64,000 nucleotides of DNA from Tubulanus polymorphus (lineage: Eukaryota; Animalia; Nemertea). Position numbers and translations under genes: made by a program. The stretch lies in contig NC_134029.1 of NCBI RefSeq assembly GCF_964204645.1, positions 11,000,850-11,064,849 of the forward strand, read 5' to 3'. Positions 49,003 to 57,312 of the stretch are shown piece by piece (within the stretch, counting starts at the first letter, position 1; each line of letters starts with the position of its first letter). Below the pieces are notes generated by a model, which was not told the DNA's origin, did no database searches, and saw nothing but the letters and a program-made list of their open reading frames with translations.

Positions 49003-50325
49003 ATGAGTGGGAGTTATATAAGTCCTTCGAAGAATCATAGAATATCTAATGCTATTAAAGCAGAAAGATCACATCATATAATTACTCATAACCCTTCAAA
49101 TATTAATCCCGATGAAACTTTATACGTTAGAATCCCTCGATTAACACAAAATACTTTTTATGTTCCAAACAGTATTTATTTATCCGCCGATATAAAAGTA
49201 ATCGGTAATAATAATAATTATGTCGTTGATAATGTTGGAAGATATTTGATTAAAAAGTTAACAATAAAGATTGGTCCAGAAACAGTTTTCTCATTAGATG
49301 ATTATAATTTATTTATGCATTATAAAGATTTATGGTTAACTAAAGAAAATAGAAATAATATGATATTTCAAGGAATCCAATCAGAAAACCAAAATAAATT
49401 AAGATCAGAAGCTAATAGCGCAATATTAACAAATGATGTAGATAAATTGATAAAAAGTATATATGGAAGCAAATATAAAATTCCATTAGACTTTGAATTG
49501 ATAAATAATAATGCACCTTTATATAAATACGCAATTCAAGAAGATGTTATATTTGAGATAACATTTGCTCCTGTAAATGAAATTGTAATATCTAGCGTTA
49601 ATAAAGATATGAGTTATAAATTATCGAATATATGTTTAGAATATGATACAGTAACTGATGAAAAAATTTCAAGTCTAATTCAAACTAAATATAATCAAGG
49701 GTTTTCATTATTATATGATTATATTGATAAATTTAAAACTGTAACTATTAATGCAAATGATGAAATAATAAATGAGAATATTAACTTCCCTAGAAGATCT
49801 ATTAAAGGTATATTAATATTTTTTACCATTGGAACGTATACTAATGGCGCAATAAATGTTGACAATTATTATAATCCTGAAATAACAAAAGTAGAAATAA
49901 CTATCGAAGGAATAGCGAATAAAATATTTTGTCAAGGAATGAGAATGATTGATCAATGGGTAGAAATTAAAAAACATTTTATGAATGAAAAAATAAAATC
50001 ATCTGAAAATTGTAATATTAATCAAATTGATTATTATACCGGTAATAAATATGCATTATGGTTAGATTTTAGAACAACTGAAGATAACTTATTACATGGT
50101 TCTGGGAAAAAACTACAGAACACTAAAGATGGAATACAATTATTCATGACAAAGAAAAAGGGAATCAAAAATTTTAAAATGCATATTTATATTATATCTG
50201 ACGCGCAATTAAATATTGTAAATTCACAATTAGATAGTGTTATGTATTTAAATTTTAACTTTAATAAAAATATATATAATAAATGGAAGGTGGAATATAT
50301 GAAATACAATCTCCAAGTGAAATGA
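49003..50325 (+). CDS. Major capsid protein (double jelly-roll); probably ended near 50251 before a 1-nt insertion
   Basis: ~420-440 aa, beta-rich, NPSNINPDETLYVRIP...LSNICLEYD...NINFPRRSIKGIL...ALWLDFRT; size and position fit a Polinton MCP. Confidence 0.8.
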   Translation: MSGSYISPSKNHRISNAIKAERSHHIITHNPSNINPDETLYVRIPRLTQNTFYVPNSIYLSADIKVIGNNNNYVVDNVGRYLIKKLTIKIGPETVFSLDDYNLFMHYKDLWLTKENRNNMIFQGIQSENQNKLRSEANSAILTNDVDKLIKSIYGSKYKIPLDFELINNNAPLYKYAIQEDVIFEITFAPVNEIVISSVNKDMSYKLSNICLEYDTVTDEKISSLIQTKYNQGFSLLYDYIDKFKTVTINANDEIINENINFPRRSIKGILIFFTIGTYTNGAINVDNYYNPEITKVEITIEGIANKIFCQGMRMIDQWVEIKKHFMNEKIKSSENCNINQIDYYTGNKYALWLDFRTTEDNLLHGSGKKLQNTKDGIQLFMTKKKGIKNFKMHIYIISDAQLNIVNSQLDSVMYLNFNFNKNIYNKWKVEYMKYNLQVK

Positions 50326-51344
50326 TATCAGATATATATTATATATTACCTTATGATGAATACAGTAAGTATTTTGGAGATTACTTTAATCAATTCAAAT
50401 ATAGAATAAGTAAAATAGATAAGAATATTGAAACAAAAATAGAAGATAATATTGAACCTAAAATAGAAGATAAGAATGATATTGAATATAAAATAGAAGA
50501 TAATATTGAATCTAAAATAGAAGATAAGAATGATATTGAATATAAAATAGAAGATGTAACAGGATATATATCGTATAATATACCCTCTACAACATATGAT
50601 ATTGAATCAAAAAAGACAAATGAAAAATATTGTGACGTATGTAAACAGTATAAAAGTTATAAGAATTGGGCAACTCATCTTAATTCACTCAAGCATAAGA
50701 AAAATAAGAATAAGATTTTAAATGAATTGAATAATGATAGTGAAATTGATAATGATAATGTTAAAGAAGATAAATATTGTGAAGAATGTGATAAATATAT
50801 AAGTCGTAGTAATTTTTCAAAGCATAAATTAACACAGATACATTTGGATAATATAGAAAGAAATATATGTGAAAAGTGTAATGTTGTTGTATTACCTAAA
50901 GATAGAATTAAACATGATAATTCTTTTGAACATACAATAAAAGCTGCTGATTTAAATATCCTTTATAGAGTACCAAGTGTATTTTTTGATATCGAAAATA
51001 ATGATCATAGGAAATTATATAGATCAATTTTTATCGATTATGTAAGAAATAATCCAAAACAAGTATTATCAGATATTAAAATTTGTCGGACGATTATAAA
51101 AATTGATCTAAATTATTATTGGGGTATATATTATTTCATCAAATTTAAAAGTAGAGATTTTTTAACAGAATTGAAAAAAGTTGCTGCTAATGATAATATA
51201 AGTGATAACTTTGATGAAATAATTCAATACTACAGTTATGAAGATTTTTCACAGGATGTTATAAATAAAATAAGAAATGATGCAAAAAATAAATATAAAA
51301 ATATAAGTGAAGACAAATTAAACCAATATATTTATTTAACATGA
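50283..51344 (+). CDS. Multi zinc-finger protein (C-x2-C...H-x5-H) with KIEDxxIE repeats; likely extends to 51465 via a frameshift
   Basis: CDVC...HLNSLKH, CEEC...HKLTQIH, CEKC...HDNSFEH. Confidence 0.8.
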   Translation: MEGGIYEIQSPSEMISDIYYILPYDEYSKYFGDYFNQFKYRISKIDKNIETKIEDNIEPKIEDKNDIEYKIEDNIESKIEDKNDIEYKIEDVTGYISYNIPSTTYDIESKKTNEKYCDVCKQYKSYKNWATHLNSLKHKKNKNKILNELNNDSEIDNDNVKEDKYCEECDKYISRSNFSKHKLTQIHLDNIERNICEKCNVVVLPKDRIKHDNSFEHTIKAADLNILYRVPSVFFDIENNDHRKLYRSIFIDYVRNNPKQVLSDIKICRTIIKIDLNYYWGIYYFIKFKSRDFLTELKKVAANDNISDNFDEIIQYYSYEDFSQDVINKIRNDAKNKYKNISEDKLNQYIYLT

Positions 51345-51490
51345 ATTCTGGGTTAAGGGTTTGAATGGTAATGGTTATCATTTTAAACTATTAGGTGAAA
51401 GAAGATCAGAAGAATTAAGAGATGCATGGAGCAAATTGTTTTCAGAATTAGAATCAGAAAAGTAATTTAAAATATGAATATATAACCCTT

Positions 51491-52013
51491 TATGTCTTTA
51501 TTGTCTTTAGTAGTTTAGTACTTTTAGTACATAAAGAATAAATCTTTATTTTATTAGTAGTGAATAAAATTATTTTTAAAACTACTAAACTACTAAAGAC
51601 AATAAAGACATAAATATATATATAACACTGTTTCAATAATTATATTTATTCATCTGATGGATTTTATATATTACTGTTTCAATAATTAAATCTATTTATC
51701 ACACATATTTATTATATATATCATAGATTTATCATTTATAAAAATCATTTATATATTTATTCTTTATGTAGTAAAATTATAAAAGATAATAAAGACATAA
51801 CAAACACATATAGATGTAATAAATATCATAGATTTATTTATCTCACATATTTATTATATATATTTGATTCAGTAATAATAAATCTATGGTGTTTGTTATG
51901 TCTTAATTATCTTTAGTAGTTTAGTAGTTCTATTTTATTTTTAAAGTATTAATAAAATAAAGATTTATTCTTTATGTACTAAAAGTACTAAACTACTAAA
52001 GATAATAAAGACA
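51491..52013. other. Nested inverted-repeat region between the convergent gene blocks
   Basis: 51491-51520 is a perfect inverse of 51583-51612; ~51492-51556 is the inverse of ~51950-52014. Confidence 0.8.
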
Positions 52014-52072
52014 TTAGGGGGAGGTATATAATACATATCTAATACATATCTAATACATAGGTATACAAATAG

Positions 52073-52687
52073 TTATTTTATAAATTTATATTCATATGGA
52101 AATTGTAGTCTCAGAAGTAATTTGGAACCTTTATTATTTTTTAATTTATTCATATATTCATCATGTAATTCAGTAGGTATAATTTGATTTTCTTCCAATG
52201 ATTGTTGCATAGATTTTCTATCTTTGTTGTAGAATAAAACTAGAAATCTTATATTTTCTCTAAAATCTTTCACAATTGAATTATATTTCTGATTTAAAAC
52301 CCAAGTTGTTATCCCAAAATGTCTACCAGAGAAAGCTAAATAACATAACTCACTTTCTCTAATTTTAGAATCATGTAAATTTGCGCAATCATCGATAATA
52401 AATAATGTATTTGATCCTTTATAAATATCTAATGCAATTTTTATACAATTATCTAAATTATCTTTCACTGTTTTAGAATTTAATATAATAAACTTTTTAT
52501 CTTTAAAAACTATATCTCTATTATACGTTTCATTCATTTCATAAGTTGGGCAGAATAATATTATATTATCAAAATGATTCTTATAAATAGTTTCTAATAA
52601 ATATAATATGAAGTGTGTTTTACCACAATTTGTAACTCCAGTAACTAACATATTATGAGGTTCAAATATAAACAAATCTTTATTCAT
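52073..52687 (-). CDS. A32/FtsK-like genome packaging ATPase
   Basis: Walker A GVTNCGKT, Walker B FIIDD, arginine finger GRH, downstream Q motif (VLNQ). Confidence 0.92.
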   Translation of the reverse strand: MNKDLFIFEPHNMLVTGVTNCGKTHFILYLLETIYKNHFDNIILFCPTYEMNETYNRDIVFKDKKFIILNSKTVKDNLDNCIKIALDIYKGSNTLFIIDDCANLHDSKIRESELCYLAFSGRHFGITTWVLNQKYNSIVKDFRENIRFLVLFYNKDRKSMQQSLEENQIIPTELHDEYMNKLKNNKGSKLLLRLQFPYEYKFIK

Positions 52688-53765
52688 TTATTCTTTTAAT
52701 TTTACTAGATAAAATCCATTCATTAAATTTATCATCATATCCTTTATATTTCACCAAAGAATACTTTTTTCCTTTAAGAGTTTTTGTTTTCAATACCTTT
52801 TCTATTTTGTATTCTATTTCATCTGGATTTGGTACTAATGATAATTCTTGTTCATAAAAATAACCTAATATTTCTTCATCTTTTAAATCAAACAATTTAT
52901 AAACAAATGGTTTAGTTAATATTATCTTTTTAATTTTAAATATTTCTTCAGTAAAATTAGGGGTATAACCTTTATAAAATGTTTTTCGATATTTAGAAAT
53001 TCTAACATGTTGTCCTATTTTAAATTTAGGTTCTCCAAAATCATGTGTAACAAACGCACCATATAAATTATTCCAAACTATTTCTGAATTTTCTTCTTTT
53101 CTAGCTTGTATAGGTTTCATATTTATAGAACTATGTTTAGAATTATTATAACCTTTAACTAAATCATCTAACACATCGATATATTTATATGTTTCATTAG
53201 CGGTGAAATATTTCCACATTCTAGTTTTCAATGTTTTATTAAATCTTTCTATAACAGATGCTTTTTTATCTGAATGTGTTGAAAAATATTCTACATCGTT
53301 ATCAGTTAATAGTTTTTTAAAATGTTTGTTATAAAATTCTTTACCTTCATCAAATTGTATTTTATCTGGGATAGCTTCTTTAAATATTAATTTGAAAGAA
53401 TTTGTAACTTCTATTCCAGTTTTATTTTTAATCGGGATACTCCATGCGTATCTACTGAATATGTCTATAACATTTAGTATCCAAAAATATCCTTTGTTAT
53501 ATTTTTCTAAGTTTTTCATATCAATTAAATCAGCTTGCCATTGTTGGTCAATATATGAAACCATTACTTTTCTTGTTAAATATTTTTTATCCATCTTTTT
53601 ATGAATTTGATATGTGGGTTGATTTTGTAACCATGATTTTAATTCACTATATTTTATATTGCTATTATCAGATTTAATTTTATCCCATAATTCCGAAACA
53701 CTTGAATATGAAACTTCACTTTCTGGGTTATAATATAAATCTCTTAAATATTGTTCTTTTTTCAT
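52680..53765 (-). CDS. Retroviral-like (rve) integrase with C-terminal chromodomain
   Basis: WQADL (D), QFDEGKEF (D), ERFNKTLK (E); YKIEKVL...LVKYKGYDDKFNEWI chromodomain. Confidence 0.95.
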   Translation of the reverse strand: MKKEQYLRDLYYNPESEVSYSSVSELWDKIKSDNSNIKYSELKSWLQNQPTYQIHKKMDKKYLTRKVMVSYIDQQWQADLIDMKNLEKYNKGYFWILNVIDIFSRYAWSIPIKNKTGIEVTNSFKLIFKEAIPDKIQFDEGKEFYNKHFKKLLTDNDVEYFSTHSDKKASVIERFNKTLKTRMWKYFTANETYKYIDVLDDLVKGYNNSKHSSINMKPIQARKEENSEIVWNNLYGAFVTHDFGEPKFKIGQHVRISKYRKTFYKGYTPNFTEEIFKIKKIILTKPFVYKLFDLKDEEILGYFYEQELSLVPNPDEIEYKIEKVLKTKTLKGKKYSLVKYKGYDDKFNEWILSSKIKRINE

Positions 53766-53771
53766 TCTATT

Positions 53772-54162
53772 TTAATCCATTAATAATAATTTAGATTTAG
53801 TTTCAATGACTTTATGATTTGACTTATTTTCTGGTATGATAGGTTTATTGTCATTGGAATCATCTTTATCATCAGATTTGAATTTTGATTTATATATTAC
53901 ACCGGATAATATAATAAGTGTTACTAATCCAATTGTAATATATAATTTATAATTACTTCCAGCATTAGAAGAATTAGATGGATTATTATTTGAATCAATA
54001 CTACCGTGTGGGTGCCGTACGGCATCATCGGGCGGGTGATTCATTTATATCAGTTAATTTCTTTTTCTTAGCTTTTTTTAATTCTGATGATCTTTTACCT
54101 AATTCTCTTGCCCATTTAATTTGTTTCTCGGATCTAGCCTTTTTCTTAACTCCATCACTCAT
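53772..54162 (-). pseudogene. Single-TM protein with basic N-terminus (~129 aa), split by a +1 frameshift near 54036
   Basis: ATG 54162 (aataaATG) MSDGVKKKARSEKQIKWARELGKR...NES; removing one base joins it to PPDDAV...LYITIGLVTLIILSGVIY...LMD. Confidence 0.65.
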
Positions 54163-54739
54163 TTATTTTAGTTAATTTTTGTTCTGATTCATCTTCTGTT
54201 TCGACGTTTGGTTGTAGTACATCTGTTTCGTTCTTACCTGATTTATATTCCATAGGTTTGATATTCGAAAATGTTATAACTCCAGTAGAAATCAATGTCA
54301 TAACCGATCCTAATTGAAATGAAGCATAACCAACCCATTTTTGTAATTCAGTCATAACTAAATAGTCATTTTTCAAATCATTATATAATTTATTTTCATC
54401 ATCAATTGGTATTAACTGGTTACATAATTTTGAATAACATTTGACAATACCATTAGAAATAGAATCATTTATTCTAGCTAATCTTGACTCTTCATAAATC
54501 TTAAAATATTTTATTACTTGATCGGGTTTCATAGCATCTAGTTCTTGAAAAGTAATGATTCTATTTAAAAACTCTTTAGTTTTTCCACCAGCAATCAATT
54601 GTTCTAGATGATGCTTACAATATAAATAGTATTCATAATCTATAGAATTAGAAACAACTGTATCTTTATTATCACTAATACCTAAATCATCTAATGTCTT
54701 TTCAATATCAATATTATTCTTATTAGATTTCTTTGACAT
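54155..54739 (-). CDS. Hypothetical Polinton protein, 194 aa, with a hydrophobic C-terminal segment
   Basis: TAAATG start; stop overlaps the next ATG. Confidence 0.78.
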   Translation of the reverse strand: MSKKSNKNNIDIEKTLDDLGISDNKDTVVSNSIDYEYYLYCKHHLEQLIAGGKTKEFLNRIITFQELDAMKPDQVIKYFKIYEESRLARINDSISNGIVKCYSKLCNQLIPIDDENKLYNDLKNDYLVMTELQKWVGYASFQLGSVMTLISTGVITFSNIKPMEYKSGKNETDVLQPNVETEDESEQKLTKINE

Positions 54740-54988
54740 TTATATTAGAGAAAAAATGCAAAAAAAAATATTATAAGTATTCTTCAAATGATACTAGATA
54801 GTTAAAGTTAAAGAATTCTAGTATTGACTACTGATACTAGCTATTTGAATTTAAAGAATTTCTATTCGGATCTATTCAAAATATAAAGTATTCTTTTTTG
54901 AAAAGAAAATATTAAAAATTAAAATAGAAATAATAGATAGTTGAAGGTATGTAATTTTTATTATATTTTATTTAAAATCTATTATTCT

Positions 54989-55654
54989 TTAACCACTCAT
55001 TAAAGACTCAACGTATTGTTCATTATTTGGATCATTGTTCCATTGATCAATAAATTTCTTTGCCTTTGTTAACTGTTCTAAATATAACTGTAAATCTAGT
55101 TTATTAGATTTGATTTGATTTTCTTTCTTTTCTAAAGGCCTTAAATTTTTCCAACCCCAAATAAGTTTTTCATTGTATTCATCATTCATGTTAAATTTAG
55201 ATATTGGTAACACGTGATCAATATGGTAATAATCCCCATAATTATCTATATTCATTTTATCATCGAATTGAAATATAATCCATGATTTGAGAAATTCATC
55301 TGAACAACCCAATAAATTAGATAATGTTTCTGAATGTGTTTCTTTGTTGAATAATTGTGTTAATCTAGACCGTAAACATTGTTTCAATCTAAAATTAAGA
55401 TCTGTTTGATATCTTTCTCTCATATATTCTGTCATATAATCATTATAAGATTCTCTATTATCTTCTCGATATTGTTTGGTATATAGTTTAATGCAAGTTT
55501 TACAGTAATATTGAAAACCATCTTTGCTAGTCTTACGCTTACTAAATTCTGTTAATGATTTATCTAATTCACATTTAGAACATTTCTTGTAATATATGTT
55601 TATAACGCCAGTGTTATTTGTAATATTGATAGTTTGTGGTTGTTCTGGTTCCAT
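54989..55654 (-). CDS. HNH endonuclease with N-terminal zinc ribbon (type common in large DNA viruses)
   Basis: KKCSKC...F...KDG..YYCKTC; YHIDHVLPISKF...NLRPL...N..KSNK. Confidence 0.85.
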   Translation of the reverse strand: MEPEQPQTINITNNTGVINIYYKKCSKCELDKSLTEFSKRKTSKDGFQYYCKTCIKLYTKQYREDNRESYNDYMTEYMRERYQTDLNFRLKQCLRSRLTQLFNKETHSETLSNLLGCSDEFLKSWIIFQFDDKMNIDNYGDYYHIDHVLPISKFNMNDEYNEKLIWGWKNLRPLEKKENQIKSNKLDLQLYLEQLTKAKKFIDQWNNDPNNEQYVESLMSG

Positions 55655-56708
55655 TTATTATACATATTTTTTTACTAAATTGGTTAATAATTTATAATCC
55701 TCTTCCATTTCTTCGACCAACGTTATCCTTTTTCATTCTTCGTTGCTTTTGATAAGTTGTTTCGATTCCTTGATATCTAAATCATACAAGCGGCCGGCCA
55801 TTTATGGCCGGTTTTGCTTAATGCACATGCGTTAATCATAATTGTATATTCATTCTATAAATTCTGTAAAATAGAAACAACTGAACATAGAAAATTCAAA
55901 CGCATTCATGTTCCCGTCACATGCGTAACATGTGTCACATGCGGCCATTTATGGCCGGTTTTGCTTAATGCGTATGCGTTAATCATAATAGAAACGACTG
56001 AACATAACAATTCACAAATCAGATTTACACAATACATTATACAAGTTGTTCAGTCATTTCTTCTAATACATCATTTGATTTCTATAAATACAATTTATAA
56101 TTACAAACATTTTTTTCAATTGCTGGTAAATATTTAACTACATCAACAAATGTTAAACTTAATCATTGGAGTCTCAATGTTTTTGAAATTCTTATATTTC
56201 TTCTTCGATCTTTTGGTGATTCTATTGGTTTGATATCCATTGCTGTTGATTCCTCAGTCAGAAAGAGTATCTTGAGTTTCTCTATCGCTTCTTGATGCGT
56301 ATGGCGTTTTATTAATCTAAAAGATATTAGCGGTAACTCTAGCTATCTAAAAGATATACTAAATACGCTTAAATATATCTAAAGGTTTCATATTTAATAA
56401 CCCTAATAACTACAACAAACAGTACTTACATTTAGATTTATAATTGTATACTATAAACTCCTAATTTCGTTTCGAAAGATAGAATATCCTGAGCACAATG
56501 TTACAGCGTATGTCCATTTCCGGGGTGATTTCTAGAATGAACACGTCGTTGATTATGCCACGTCATCTAGTTCCGGTTCTAGAATATTCTACACGTTTCT
56601 GATTATGACGTGTCATCTCTATTCAGAGTTCCAGCACAGTTTGTAATATTATGAGTCATAATGTCTCGTCGTTATAGTAACAACTGTAACAGCTGTGAAT
56701 TTATAGAT

Positions 56709-56981
56709 TTATTCTATAGCTCTGTACATTGAATGTATATAGGCTAAAATAGAATCATTTTCTAGTATAAACATCGTATCCTCAACGTATTGTTCATTAT
56801 TTGGATCAGTGTTCCATAATTCAATACATTTCTTTCCTTTTGTTAACTGTTCTGAATATAACTGTAAATATTCTAGTTTCAATTTATTCTCTAAATGTGT
56901 TCTAGTTTTATTGTGTCTTGCTTTTTGGGATTTATCTATATCGATATTACATGTTGGGCAGTAGTATTTATTTGCTTCCAT
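56709..56981 (-). CDS. Chimeric 90-aa ORF: pPolB N-terminal zinc finger (from the TIR) fused to a copy of the HNH protein C-terminus
   Basis: aa 1-38 equal pPolB aa 1-38 with one change; LQLYSEQLTKGKKCIELWNTDPNNEQYVE resembles LQLYLEQLTKAKKFIDQWNNDPNNEQYVE. Confidence 0.6.
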   Translation of the reverse strand: MEANKYYCPTCNIDIDKSQKARHNKTRTHLENKLKLEYLQLYSEQLTKGKKCIELWNTDPNNEQYVEDTMFILENDSILAYIHSMYRAIE

Positions 56982-57312
56982 TTTAATACTATATTTTTTA
57001 TTAAAATTGATTTTAGAAGTTCAATGATTTAAATGAATATTTTAAGAGTAATAGGGATAATAGGCTTTCAAGCTAAAGGTTGAACGGGCGGGTGAGTAAA
57101 AATGAAAAACATAAAAATAATTACAATTTCTACTTGAATTAGGAGTGAAACTCATAAAATGAAAAATAAATTCGAGCGTGTGAGAATTTATTTTTCATTT
57201 TTATGAGTTTCACGAGTAATTCAAGTAGAAATTGTAATTATTTTTATGTTTTTCATTTTTTACGAGCTCGACCGTTCGACCTTTGGCTTGAAAGCCTATT
57301 ATCCCTATTACT
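56868..57312 (-). repeat. Right terminal inverted repeat (445 bp; hairpin 57047-57312)
   Basis: Reverse complement of 38974-39418. Confidence 0.93.

Larger units (their letters stand above)
38971..57312 (+). mobile_element. Polinton/Maverick (adintovirus-like endogenous virus), ~18.3 kb
   Basis: AGTAGT start, 445-bp TIRs, pPolB, rve integrase, packaging ATPase, major and minor capsid genes; intronless, very AT-rich and gene-dense. Confidence 0.96.
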
